NCBI GenBank assembly: GCA_963768425.1
Contig: CAVYHV010000013.1
Span: forward strand, 1 to 64,000
Length of the DNA: 64,000 nt
Source: Candidatus Bathyarchaeota archaeon
GTDB taxonomy: Archaea > Thermoproteota > Bathyarchaeia > Bathyarchaeales > Bathycorpusculaceae
Direction of reading: 5' to 3'
Shown: positions 24,265 to 35,373 of the stretch, piece by piece
How positions within the stretch are numbered: the first letter of the stretch is position 1
Layout of the letters: every line of letters starts with the position of its first letter
Position numbers and translations under genes: made by a program
The notes under the pieces: generated by a model
Told to the model about the DNA's origin: nothing
Seen by the model: only the letters and a program-made list of their open reading frames with translations
Databases searched by the model: none

Positions 24265-24853
24265 TTAATGGTCAATATGGCTCGGCATGGTCTCCCTAGC
24301 CAACCGCAAACACTTTTCAAAACCCCCAAGGTACGTAAATTGTTCATTCGCAGGTGCATTCTCAATCACCAGTTTGTTGAAACTACCATTAACACAGCCT
24401 TCTATCATTAGGTTGTCTATAAGGCCAAATTCTTCGATAGACATTCCATTGATATCCCTTAATTTTCCGTCAGTGCTGCGGCTAACCTGAGAGTCAAGCG
24501 ATTTCACTGTCCGCTCAGTAAAGGGCATGGCAATATTGCTGTAGGCAAAGATTATTTTGCCGAGTGCACGTGCGAATCCCATCTCATATGCGGTTCCAAC
24601 ATCGGCGCTTGGGCCACAAAACGGAGTAATGTTTGCAATTACCATTTCGCAACTTTTAATCAAGTTCTCGTTTATGCCACTGATGCACAAGCCTACTTCT
24701 CTTGGGTCTTTATCTTTGACATCTACCTCAATGTCTATAGGAAAAACACCCTCAAAACCGTATTTTTTGCATAGCGCTTTTTTGCGCTCTCCAATTCCTT
24801 TGGCATTAGCAAGAAAGACTTCTGGACCAGCAAGGTAAACACGTACGGGTGCC
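24265..24853 (-). CDS. Nucleoside 2-deoxyribosyltransferase family protein
   Basis: VYLAGPEVF, IANITPF..SADVGTAYEMGFARALGK, NLMI; true start probably near 24853, since the longer ORF runs into a tRNA fragment. Confidence 0.88.
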
Positions 24854-24917
24854 ACAGATATCTCCTCGGAATAGTAGGCACCTATAGCGCTTATAAACAA
24901 AGCATTTTTGTTTGTGT

Positions 24918-24943
24918 TGGCGCCGGGAAGGGATTCGAACCCC
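24918..24943 (-). other. Isolated tRNA 3' fragment (T-arm, acceptor strand, CCA); att-like
   Basis: Minus strand GGGGTTCGAATCCCTTCCCGGCGCCA; no 5' tRNA half upstream. Confidence 0.7.
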
Positions 24944-25292
24944 AATTTATAGTAACCGCTAAATCTTGCGTTGCTTTATTTTTGATAATGGCATGGAACG
25001 TAGGAATCTAGCAATCATGAAGGAAAACCAGAGTATTGAACTCTTATCGGTCTGAGACAATAGAGGCCCTGACTTAACAGGGTTCAGGTCCTGCGGGAGT
25101 CGCCCATGCACGCAGGTAACCTCACAATTCGCGCTACTGTAAGAAAAATGGGAAAATGCAAGGGACAGTTAGATCCGTTTGCCCTTTTGCCCTGTACTTT
25201 TAGGATATGGAATTTCTTCGTTGCAAACAAATATGGAAATGTACCAAAAACTAATGAATATGGACTAAAAGCCATTTTTTAACATTCCATTT

Positions 25293-25634
25293 CTATACAT
25301 TCAAGCTGTGAATTTTTTTAAGTAGCGACCTGCAATCTTCCAGCCCCTTCTCAGTTATCTCCACAACCTGATGTACGCCGCCCCAAGACCTAACAGAGCG
25401 GACTCTGATCAGACCAGAAGCCTCCATCTTTGCCAAGTGATTCTCCAAACTGCCCTTTCCCAACCCCACGAAAGAACGCAACTCCACAGAAGTCAACTTC
25501 TTGTTCATGGCAAGCAGAATCAAAATCAGTATTCTGGTTGATGATTTGAAGGTAGGGTCGTTTAGCTGCTCGTTTAATGATTTAATTGTGTCTGTGCTGG
25601 GGATTTTGAAGTTGGGTTGTTCGTCAGTTACCAA
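25293..25634 (-). CDS. Winged-helix (ArsR/MarR-like) transcriptional regulator
   Basis: TRILILILL..GLGKGSLENHLAKMEASGLI..ITEKG; start estimated. Confidence 0.8.
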   Translation of the reverse strand: MVTDEQPNFKIPSTDTIKSLNEQLNDPTFKSSTRILILILLAMNKKLTSVELRSFVGLGKGSLENHLAKMEASGLIRVRSVRSWGGVHQVVEITEKGLEDCRSLLKKIHSLNV

Positions 25635-26299
25635 TTTGGGGGATCCTCCAGAGAGTTGGGAGGTTTCCGTCTGCGTGCATGTGCAGAAGCTAAGATAAGA
25701 ACGACAAGAAAGATTACCCAAAGAATCAGGTAAAAGCCCGCATTGGCTTTTAGGAGAGAAACAACAAAACCCCCTAACGTGTAAATAGTTAATGCCGACA
25801 CAACGGCTATACTTTCTCGTGGTAGCCGCTCAGGGAACGAACCTTTAAGCGCAAAGAATAAAGGAAACACTGTTGTGGCCAAAAGTCCGAATCTAAAAAC
25901 CAAAAAGTCGTGGCGCAGCAAGAAAATTGCGGCAAGAATCGGCAAATAGTAGGCCGTCCAAACTAATGCTATCCACGAAGGCCTCAGCAATTTTGTCCAT
26001 ATTGAATCCACAATTTCTCTGCGTACAAGCATGGAGTTATAAGCCTTCTTGAAAATCCAAGCAATCATGGCAGCGCCCACAATGCTCACCGCTGTGTTAA
26101 CCACGATCGCAACAACAAGAAAATAGCCAGCTGAAAGCCCAAGGAATAGGATAATCAAGGGCAGAAAAGGTATGAGGACAATTTCAGCGGCGACTGCAGC
26201 ATAACAGAGTCCCCAAGCTCTCTCTAGTATGTACCGTTCTATAACTAGGGCTTTTTCTGCGACCCGCTTAATTTGCTCTGGTGAAACGTCCTCGACCAT
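25628..26299 (-). CDS. Multi-pass membrane protein
   Basis: About six TM segments; overlaps the wHTH gene. Confidence 0.7.
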   Translation of the reverse strand: MVEDVSPEQIKRVAEKALVIERYILERAWGLCYAAVAAEIVLIPFLPLIILFLGLSAGYFLVVAIVVNTAVSIVGAAMIAWIFKKAYNSMLVRREIVDSIWTKLLRPSWIALVWTAYYLPILAAIFLLRHDFLVFRFGLLATTVFPLFFALKGSFPERLPRESIAVVSALTIYTLGGFVVSLLKANAGFYLILWVIFLVVLILASAHARRRKPPNSLEDPPNW

Positions 26300-26408
26300 A
26301 CTTTAGCTCCTTAATTTCTATATCTGAGTGCTACGGCTCTTTTGACTTTTATCTTGCTGGTACAAATTTTGTACCTGTGAAACATTATTTATGAAACATT
26401 GACATATA

Positions 26409-27365
26409 ATGGCAACAATCGGCAGTTTAATCCAAAGGGTAATCGCATTGATAGATACTGAGAGCCTTACAAAAAAGTTTGGGGATCTAACAGCCGTAGA
26501 CAACCTCACCCTTCATGTTAACGACGGCGAAGTTTTCGGTTTCCTCGGACCCAACGGCGCAGGAAAAACCACAACCGTCAGAATGCTTTGCTGCCTAATA
26601 TCAAAGACCAGCGGAAGCGCCAAAATAGGCGGGTATGAAATAGGCAACAAGGAAGACTCACTGAAAATCCGCAAAATCATCGGGTTAGTTCCTGATAACG
26701 TTGGGTTATCTGAAAATCTGACCGCCTACGACAACATAGACTTTTACGGAAAAATATACGACTGCTCGGATGCTCAAAGGAAAGAGAACAATAAGCGTTT
26801 TCTTGAGATGTTAGGGCTTTGGGATAAGAGAAACGTTTTAGCAGGGACCTTTTCCAAGGGCATGAAACAAAAACTCGCCATAGCCCGCGCCCTAATTCAT
26901 GACCCACAAGTCCTTTTCATGGACGAGCCTACTGCAAATTTAGATCCTGAGGCTGCGAAAACAGTCCGAGATTTCATTCTTCAACTAAAAAAAGAGAAGA
27001 AGACAATCTTCCTGAACACTCACAACCTCGACGAGGCGCAGAGAATCTGCGACAGGGTAGCAATAATGAATACGAGTCTTAGGGCAATCGGTACTCCGCA
27101 GGAACTTGAAAGGTCCGTTAGCGGTAAGAAGACAGTTATCGGATTGGAACAGCAAGTGAACGATGCGGTTTTGGGGGCACTGAAAAAACTGGCGCTCAAA
27201 AACCTGTCCACCGGCGGCGACACGATAACATTTGACGTGGAAGACCCAGACAAGGAAAATTCGCCTGTTGTAGAGGCTATAGTGCTGGCGGGCGGTCATG
27301 TCCGATCAATCAATGTGGTGGGCTCAACTTTGGAAGATACCTATCTAAAACTTGTGAGGAAATAA
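26409..27365 (+). CDS. ABC-2 exporter ATP-binding protein
   Basis: [26 protein letters not shown]. Confidence 0.93.
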   Translation: MATIGSLIQRVIALIDTESLTKKFGDLTAVDNLTLHVNDGEVFGFLGPNGAGKTTTVRMLCCLISKTSGSAKIGGYEIGNKEDSLKIRKIIGLVPDNVGLSENLTAYDNIDFYGKIYDCSDAQRKENNKRFLEMLGLWDKRNVLAGTFSKGMKQKLAIARALIHDPQVLFMDEPTANLDPEAAKTVRDFILQLKKEKKTIFLNTHNLDEAQRICDRVAIMNTSLRAIGTPQELERSVSGKKTVIGLEQQVNDAVLGALKKLALKNLSTGGDTITFDVEDPDKENSPVVEAIVLAGGHVRSINVVGSTLEDTYLKLVRK

Positions 27366-27367
27366 AT

Positions 27368-28111
27368 ATGAGACTCTCAAAGGCGTGGATTGTAGCAGCT
27401 AGGGACTTCAAAATATTTAGGCGAGTAAAAAACGTCTGGTCCTCAATTATTATTTTCCCAGTTGTTATCTCGGTCCTGTTTCCGGTGATACTGGAGTATT
27501 TAAAAATAAGGGGGAGCCACGGACTCGCAGCGCCGGGTGTGCTTCCAAATTTGCTTAACTCCTTTTCTTTCTTTTTAGTTATAGGAGCAGCGTACGTTCC
27601 CTTAGGGATTGCCTCCTACAGTATAGTGGGGGAGAAAGTGGAGAAGAGTCTGGAACCGCTTCTAGCCACGCCCCTTACTGATGGAGAAATATTGCTTGGA
27701 AAAGCCATTTCCGCAGTTATTCCAACTTTAGTAGCAATGTATGCGGCTGCAGCAGTCTTCATGGTGGGCATTGATGAGGTTACTTTCAATACGCTTGGCT
27801 ACTATTATTTTCCAAACTGGAACATCGCCACTTTGCTCTTGGTTCTGATGCCGGTCGCCATTGTTATGAGTGTTTTGTTCAGCGTCATTGTTTCATCGAG
27901 AGTTAATGATGTGCGCAGCGCTAACAGTTTTGGAGTTTTTATTCTCTTTCCCCTCCTGGGCATATACCTTCTCAGCGAGACAAGCATAATAACCCTTGAC
28001 GTAAACAGCCTGCTCATAATCTCAGGGGTTCTCTTAGCGGTTGATGTGGCGCTTTTCTTTGTTAGCACAAAGACTTTTCGAAGGGAGGAAATACTAACAA
28101 AGTGGAAGTAG
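27368..28111 (+). CDS. ABC-2 exporter permease
   Basis: SIVGEKVEKSLEPLLATP, ILLGK, six TM segments. Confidence 0.9.
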   Translation: MRLSKAWIVAARDFKIFRRVKNVWSSIIIFPVVISVLFPVILEYLKIRGSHGLAAPGVLPNLLNSFSFFLVIGAAYVPLGIASYSIVGEKVEKSLEPLLATPLTDGEILLGKAISAVIPTLVAMYAAAAVFMVGIDEVTFNTLGYYYFPNWNIATLLLVLMPVAIVMSVLFSVIVSSRVNDVRSANSFGVFILFPLLGIYLLSETSIITLDVNSLLIISGVLLAVDVALFFVSTKTFRREEILTKWK

Positions 28112-28141
28112 CAAAGTTAGAGGAGAGGGAGGTTTAAAAAA

Positions 28142-28393
28142 ATGACAAAAGCCAAGTTTGAAATAGGAGAGACTGAAAAACACACCATTATTGTTAATGC
28201 GAGCGCGCTTCTAAAATACATCAAGATAGAAGTGGATGGCGAAAAAGTCGTTAATGAAGCAAACTTTCAGCCATTGCCAAAGAAGTTCCAGTTGGACGTG
28301 GGAAATTCCGAAAAGCATCATTTGGAAATCAGCGCTGGACCGTTCTCGCCTATCACACTATTCGTGGACGGAAAAGAAGCTCAAAAAACCTGA
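28142..28393 (+). CDS. Hypothetical small beta protein
   Basis: GGAGG RBS; internal repeat (FEIGETEKH/LDVGNSEKH; IEVDGE/LFVDGK). Confidence 0.7.
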   Translation: MTKAKFEIGETEKHTIIVNASALLKYIKIEVDGEKVVNEANFQPLPKKFQLDVGNSEKHHLEISAGPFSPITLFVDGKEAQKT

Positions 28394-28501
28394 AACTGCG
28401 TCGCTAGCGCGAAAAGTTAGTGAACTAAACCGCTTCTCCTCCGCACAATACCGGGACAGGGCAGCACGCTAAGTGGAAATATCTAAACTCAGATACTAAA
28501 A

Positions 28502-28630
28502 ATGGAGGTGAGAGTAACGACTGAAGTAACAGCTGTGATAATTATCGTTGTAACCATTGCTCTTATGTTAATACTTTATTTTCTCATAGGACCACCTGGT
28601 AACCGCAGATGGAATAAGAGAAAAAATTAA
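28502..28630 (+). CDS. Small single-TM peptide (not in ORF track)
   Basis: MEVRVTTEVTAVIIIVVTIALMLILYFLIGPPGNRRWNKRKN. Confidence 0.5.
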   Translation: MEVRVTTEVTAVIIIVVTIALMLILYFLIGPPGNRRWNKRKN

Positions 28631-28905
28631 TAATATCTCAATAGCACCTATTATTCTTGAATAACTCTCATTGAAGATCACCATAGAAAGCTAATTTCAC
28701 TGAACATACCGTCTTCATAATATGTCTTTTTTCTGATTGCTGTATGTTTCCTAAAATCCTATTTCAGGAAAGAACAGTGACATTTTAGAAACCAGAAGCC
28801 GCGAGTATTAGTTAGGATTGTGGATTCTTAAAGGTTAAATGAATATTCGTTCGATACGTAAGAAAAAGCAAGTTAAATTTAATCGCCAATGGTGAGCAAG
28901 TACAC

Positions 28906-30689
28906 ATGCAAAAAAGAAAAAATATAAGTTTATTATTTAAGTTCCTGAGTAAAGCCGTTACTCCGCTAAAGATTATCACTTCACTTTTATTGTTTCTATT
29001 GCTTTTTGCGGCACTATTAACGCCGCTAAATGCTGCGCTTAGTCCTGCTAGGGATTTGACTGGAACATGGCAAAGCGCTTTATCTGAAAAGTACTATGAA
29101 ATGGATCCTTCTGACCCAAGCACGCGGATGAATGATGTAACCGTAACATATACTATGATTATAACTCAAAGCGGTAACTCGATAAATATTGTATTGAATG
29201 TTGACGAATCAAGTTGGGTTACTGATAGCGCGTACTGGAATGAGTACGGGATGTCTGGTGTTCCTCCAGTTGGATTTAATCAAATTGTGCTTTCTGGAAC
29301 GGTTTCAAGCGCAAGTTTTACCGCTGACGAGCTAGGCGCAAGCACAGGAAACGCTGAACATTTAGCTGGAACATTTACCACGGACATTATAACCGCAACG
29401 CTTACAGGTCCATACGAAACAACCGATACCAACGGCTTAATCGTGTTGCGGTCAGGCTCATCAGCCACTATGCCGCCCATCACAACTCCATCCCCAACTC
29501 CCACACCCACACCTGCGCCTGCACTGCCAACATCAGACAATTTAGGCAGTGTTTCACTGGTTCAAGGTTCAGCATGGTTTGCAGAGACTGGCGCAGCGCT
29601 TACCACTCAAAGTCAAATTGGCACAGGTGCAGAAATTCAAACAGGCAGCGACAGCAATACAGTCGTAGGTTTCAATTATCCCGATCAAGGAGGAACAGTA
29701 TACTTGGGCGCAAACTCCGACGCGGGATGGGTGTATCTTGAGCCGCAAACTGATCCAATAACTGGAAACATAACGTTACACTGTAGTGCCACCACCAACA
29801 GGTTCTTTTCAGTATAGCGAGGGCATAGAACCTTGATGAGGTTGGTCAAGCCGGAGCTTCACTTGCAGCAGAAGTAGGCTTGGGCCTAATCTATATGTTA
29901 GCGACTGGGGCGCCAATAACTTTAACAGGCGCATTAGTCGTCGAGGGAACAATATTGTTGGGAACAGGCATCGCATATGTCATTGAGCAGTTGTCTCCGC
30001 AAGAAGGAACCTATGACGTGAGACCTGTAGCAGTGCCGCAAGGACTAGTTATGGGTGATGGAACCGATTATGTCGTGACTGTTTCCAATGAATCGACAAC
30101 AATCCAAGTCATGGACGGCTCAGTTATATTCGTCGATCAATACACTAACAATACGATAACCGTGCAAGCGAATCAGATGCTGACGCTTCCCTCTGGAGTA
30201 CCAACAGGATTCAGCAACTTAGACTTGCAATCGCACATATCCGCCTACGATTCATCTTCAATAAACCAATGGTGGATACCAGCCGCTACAGCTACACCGA
30301 TGATTGCTACTGCGACACCGACAAATCCGGCAACGAGCAACAACTCGAATCTTCTGTCTCAACCTAAGTTTTTGGCGCCTCTTATAATGGTAATAGCCTT
30401 TGTGTTAGCCGCGATACTCCTTACTGTACGAAGAAAACAAACCCGAAAGCCTCACATATCAAGCAAAAAGACAGCTGATCAAAGCGGCCCGCAACAAATC
30501 ACGAATGAACCCCAGAAACCAACAGTGCAAACCACAGAAACTGTACCTCCGCCCCCTCAAGAACCAATTTCCACGCAGACAAAGGCTGTCTTCTGTCCCA
30601 ATTGCGGCAACCAACTTCGCAATCCCGCAAAGTTCTGCCCGTCTTGCGGCTCGGACTTAAGCCAGTGGTTGACAAACGCCAAAAAATAG
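28906..30689 (+). CDS. Surface protein: signal peptide, PT linker, FecR-like region, TM, C-terminal zinc ribbon (frameshifted near 29780-29880)
   Basis: ORFs 28906-29817 and 29880-30689; GTDYVV..TTIQVMDGSV; CPNCG..FCPSCG. Confidence 0.7.
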
Positions 30690-30976
30690 CCATTAAAGTC
30701 ACTGGCTTGCCCTTTCTCTTTATTATGTGTTGAAGTAGGTAGGTAACACTGTTTTGTTGGGCCTTACAAGGTGTTCTGCTGCTTCCCCGTTTAGAAATTT
30801 ATAGACCCTGAATGCCTAAACCGTAGCCCCTATTTCCTATAATGTAATTTCAGGAAAACAGTAAGTACAAAAAACGCTCACAACAAGTTATATTTTTAAA
30901 ACCTCAATTATCTTTGTCAAAACCAGTTTCATCGAAAAAAAATTACGTTCTACTCGAACAAAGCTCTTTCGTTTGT

Positions 30977-31257
30977 CTAATCTTCTTCAGCTTCTTTCCC
31001 CTTCGCTTCTTCTTTTGCTCTATTTATAAATTTAATCCACTGCAATGGTTTCCGATAGGTTTTGAATAACCGCTCCAAAGCGATGCATTTGATTTCCAAG
31101 TTGCTCGTCGCTGGCGTCAACAGGTTTTGTGTTCTTTCCACCAATCGCCCTGACAATTTCTTCGAATTCGGTTTTTTATGTCTTCAATTGAAACATCAGT
31201 AGTAGCAGCTAATACATCAAGACCCACTAGGATTTGTTTTTCGCATAGAAATTTCAT
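30977..31257 (-). CDS. Small acidic-tailed protein, paralog 1 (frameshifted, not in ORF track)
   Basis: MKFLCEKQILVGL...IALERLFKTYRK...EED*; GGAGGTG RBS. Confidence 0.65.
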
Positions 31258-31338
31258 TCTGTATTTCCACCTCCATTATTTTTGGCTAGGAACATTCAAA
31301 AAAAAATTGCGTTTCACTAGAACATTTTTTTGGTTTCG

Positions 31339-31685
31339 CTAATCTTCTTCATCGTCTACTTCCTCGACCTCTTCCGCTTCTTCGGCTTCCGCAACCTCTT
31401 CTGCGCGGTTCGTTTCCTTTGGTTAAGTTGTCTCTTTTTTGCTTACAAACATGGTATGGTCCATTGTCTAATTTTTCTGTATTCCTTGAACAATCTTTCT
31501 AATGCCAATGTTTGCAATTGCATATTTTCTTGCTTATCGTCGCCCAAAAAAATCGCGCTGTTCTTGCCCAATAGAGTTTCCACAGCCTTTTCATATTCGT
31601 CTTTTAGGTCAGCAATTGGCACTTCGGTTAGACTGGACAACTCGTACAATCCAGTTCTGATTTGTCCTTCGTTTAGAATTTTCAT
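31339..31685 (-). CDS. Small acidic-tailed protein, paralog 2
   Basis: MKILNEGQIRTGL...LALERLFKEYRK...; frameshifted tail EEVDDEED*; GGAGGTG RBS. Confidence 0.65.
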
Positions 31686-31952
31686 ATTATTTGTCACCTC
31701 CGGTACAGTGAAATTGTGTAACAATTGTGTTATCTTTTAGGCACCTTACCTTTTCAAAAATTTAGTAGAAAAAAGCTTGAACTTTATACATATAGTAAAT
31801 CTCTACACGTGATGAGACAGTTAGAGATTAAAACATGCGTTGGGTGACGGACATTGAAAATGATGAGTTACGATCATTAATGGCGATTCATAAAAGATTA
31901 CTATTTCAAATAACATTTGTTTGGATTAACAGTTTGTAGGGAAGCGTGAAAG

Positions 31953-33151
31953 ATGTCTAAGTTGAGAAAAATAGGTCTTATCTTAAGTTTATGCCTTTTG
32001 TTAACAGTTTCTTTAACGTTGCCCAGTTTTGCCTCGGCTCAGACGGAGACCGGAGGCAACCAGTCGCCTTCCCCATTGATCCCAAGCGGCCAAGTGCCTG
32101 CACCGACATTATCATTCAGCAATAGCCCAAGGCCGAGACCGGTGACGTGATTAACCTTGCCGTATCGGTTATGCAGGGAGATGTTTGCAGCACTACATGG
32201 AGCGCACACAAGACAAATTTGCCTATTATGGGTCCGAACGGGCCAACAGGTAGCACAGTGCCAAGCGAAGGCTTTCAAGGCGAAATATCAACGAGGGTCG
32301 CAAACGTCTCAAGTGACTTAGAGATTAATCTCGGATCCACTGACGCTCCAGCAGGGACTCCAACTCCGTCTCCAGCGATGTTCATAGATACGCCGTACGG
32401 CACTATTCCGATAAGTTTCTGCGATGCCAGTTCCTTTAACGTGCAGGTCGGCAACGTATCCTATGTCAATGGTTTACCTACCGTGATAAATACTATCACT
32501 TTCAACAATATTGCTGTTCCAACTTATGGTGGTCAAGGTCCATCCTCAATCAATTTTGTGATATCCCAAACCTTCATAGCAAACTGGACTAACATGATAG
32601 TTAGTATCGGCGTTTACGCCGACTTTTCAAACATGAAACTCTATCAATCCGATGGCACACCGATTCCTTCAAACACCGATTTCTCCTTTAACCTGATGTA
32701 TCAGATTGACATGAATAATGGCGTCCCACTAACTGATTCAACACAACCATATGATTATCCGCCATCAGACGTAACCCCGACAAGCGTATTCTTCGCAGTC
32801 AACAGCACATCGGGAACGCAGTTATCAATCGCAGATATGAATTTTGGAGGCGCATACACTGACATTCAAGGCTCAAACCGACTGTCAAGCGAACCACAAA
32901 CACCATATTTCCAATACTCAGATAATCCGCCTGGCAATTGGGAAGTCAACTGCTTCCAAAGCTTCCCAAACTTGACTTACGGAGTAACGACGGCTGTCCA
33001 AAGCGACCCAACATTCACCGTTCAGCACAATCTAATTTCAGCTGGCTGGGGCCCAATTGGCAGTTTGATAATTTACGTCGCATTCATCGGAGGCATAGTT
33101 GCGGTTGCTGTGGTGGGAACTGTTATTTTTGTTAGACGAAGAAAAAAATAA
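31953..33151 (+). CDS. Secreted surface protein with C-terminal TM anchor (frameshift near 32130)
   Basis: Signal peptide ..FASAQ, many NxS/T sequons, TM followed by RRRKK. Confidence 0.72.
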
Positions 33152-33595
33152 CTGACATACTACCCCGCCTAGGCATTCCGTGTTACTCATTTTGAACAAC
33201 TCACCTTTCAGGAAAAATTTTACCACTTTGGAAAACAATAGAAAAGAAAAACATGTAAACAGCAGCAAAAAACAGAAGGCTTTTGCCTTTTTTACTGCCT
33301 GCGCAATTAGTTATTGGAAATCAACCGAGGATTTGTTAAGAAATCGTAAATTCGACCACATATTCATTCCTGGAAAGGAAGAAAATATGAGAAAAGCTCT
33401 TTGTTCTCAGTGGGTAGAGCTGTCAAAAGAACTGGTAACTGGCAACAGATCTCGCGTGGAATTTAAATGTGGGTGTAAATCTAACATCCCGCGCCATTTC
33501 TTTAATTATGGCATTCTGCCTCAATTTATGTTACATTATCTGTTGCGAAGAGAAAGAGTATTTTTGAGTTCCAAAAAAAGAAAAAATGGGGATTT

Positions 33596-34384
33596 TTAGG
33601 CTACAACGCGTATTGTCCAGAAGTCACTGGAGAGATTTTGGTCAAGCAGATATCCGAATGGAATTGTAAAGTAACCCTTCATCCCCCAGCCATCTCCCCA
33701 TGAGTTTCTAACAATAAACCTTTGAGTGGGATCGTCATACCCGACAGCCATGACTGCATGTCCTCCCATCGTTTTCTCTCCTGGCGTAGGCATTGGAACG
33801 ATGCCGCTCTGTGCGACCGTGTCACTTTCGAAGCTTGCGTAGACGGTGAATCCGAAGACGAAGGGGTAACCCGAAGCCAAACATCCCTTAAGTTGATTAG
33901 CATCTTGAAGAAGTCTCTGATAACTAAGCGCTTTGTATTTCTCTGCACTGCTGTAGCAATTTGATGGTGGCTTAACTGCGAATTTAGCGATGATGTAAGG
34001 CCAAAGGGTCTCAGGACAGTCGCCTAGTGTTGCCACACTTTTAATGCCGTCTCGAATTTGGGCACCGGAATCTGAAGCAGTTGTCCCCTCGATAACCCTC
34101 TCATTATAGTATATGAAAAGTCTCGACGGCAGAAAGATATTCTTTTGTTGCTGTTTCATTAAGTCAAACTCGACTGCAGCGGCAATAGCGTTGGCAGTAC
34201 AACTTCCCAATTGGCCTTGGTCATAAACAGGGGGGCACTGTTTTGTCAAGTCCATGCTCGTGGGGAGCGTAGCAAGAACTTTAGGGGCAGCAGCATACAA
34301 AAAGTCGCGATGATCTGGCAGATCTGGAATCCAGCCATATTTTTGAATTTTCATAGTTCTTATAGACATTTTGAATTTCTCCAA
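33596..34384 (-). CDS. Papain-family (C1A) cysteine peptidase
   Basis: YGWIPDLPD, DQGQLGSCTANA, SRLFIYYNER, GGHAV, RNSWG..WG..GYF. Confidence 0.95.
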   Translation of the reverse strand: MEKFKMSIRTMKIQKYGWIPDLPDHRDFLYAAAPKVLATLPTSMDLTKQCPPVYDQGQLGSCTANAIAAAVEFDLMKQQQKNIFLPSRLFIYYNERVIEGTTASDSGAQIRDGIKSVATLGDCPETLWPYIIAKFAVKPPSNCYSSAEKYKALSYQRLLQDANQLKGCLASGYPFVFGFTVYASFESDTVAQSGIVPMPTPGEKTMGGHAVMAVGYDDPTQRFIVRNSWGDGWGMKGYFTIPFGYLLDQNLSSDFWTIRVVA

Positions 34385-34466
34385 GAACTACAAGTAGTTA
34401 CTATGATTCCTTAAGATTTAAGGATTTTTAGAATAACTTTTCTCTGGGATTCAAATAAACCGAAAA

Positions 34467-34784
34467 CTAACTCTTGATGTTAATTTTGAAAATTAATGTT
34501 TTCGCTATTTCGGATTTCCAAGACCTGCTTTGCTTCATAGTTATGGCAGTCAAACCTGCTCTTTTAGTTTGAAACTCAAACAGTTCTTTTCCCCCTGCCC
34601 CTACTGCTTGAGAAATTGGCGTGAAACTTGATGTGGACTCACTTACAAAAGAAGAATCATAATTCGCATGCCACACATAACCTGTCGTGGGATTAGAATC
34701 TAAAGAAATTGTGAAGGATTCTCCAACCTTGACTACGATGGGTACATTAGGATTATTATAGATAGCCATTTCGAATGCCCACAA
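34467..34784 (-). CDS. Chagasin-family (I42) cysteine protease inhibitor
   Basis: SNPTTGYVW, VGAGG, RSW loop motifs. Confidence 0.9.
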   Translation of the reverse strand: MWAFEMAIYNNPNVPIVVKVGESFTISLDSNPTTGYVWHANYDSSFVSESTSSFTPISQAVGAGGKELFEFQTKRAGLTAITMKQSRSWKSEIAKTLIFKINIKS

Positions 34785-35373
34785 CCCTTGGTTGTCTACT
34801 ACGCTCTTAAACTATCTTCAAGAGGATCCCGGGAAAGGCGCACAATTAAAGACATAATCTTGCTCCAATTCAATCAGAATTTAAGTCTTTAGAAAACGCA
34901 CATGTTTTCCATAGCTAATCTCTCACTTGCGTGAAATTTAAATATGGATGAAACCTAACTCCCGCGCCAATTCCATTTTCGGATTATTTCTACAGCTATT
35001 TTTGGTAACTATGCTCAGATTATAGTCAAAATAATGCTTTATCCCAAATAGTTTAGTGTTTAAATTGCACGCGAATTATTTGAGCAATAATAATTAGACT
35101 GTACTTGGTACTTAGGGTTCTAACGAAATGAACTAAGGGCTCAATTGCCTATTTCGGGCTGATTCCGGCACACTCAAGTAATTAGTAAAATGAGGTGCAG
35201 AACTGAAATTTGAAGTTGACCACTCCGCATCTTAAATTTTTTAGTTTAGAGCCTAACTCGCAAGGAGCTTAAAAAATTTGTTGGTTTCGCCGATGAAGTT
35301 GGTTTATAAAAAAATAAAAAAGAGGAAATTTTGCGGATTTGTCTTTCCTTTTTTTGTGAAATTCCTTCAATAT

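Noticed and set aside
25049-25100. TPP riboswitch (CTGAGA...CCTGA...GCG)
   Set aside because: P2/P3 and P4/P5 spacing and the GCGnAGG closing strand do not fit, and no thiamine gene lies downstream
33527-33537. XerD-like arm TTATGTTACAT as a dif site
   Set aside because: No matching second arm at 6-bp spacing
33180-33599. 139-aa ORF as a real gene
   Set aside because: No recognisable motifs and it spans a non-coding repeat; probably spurious
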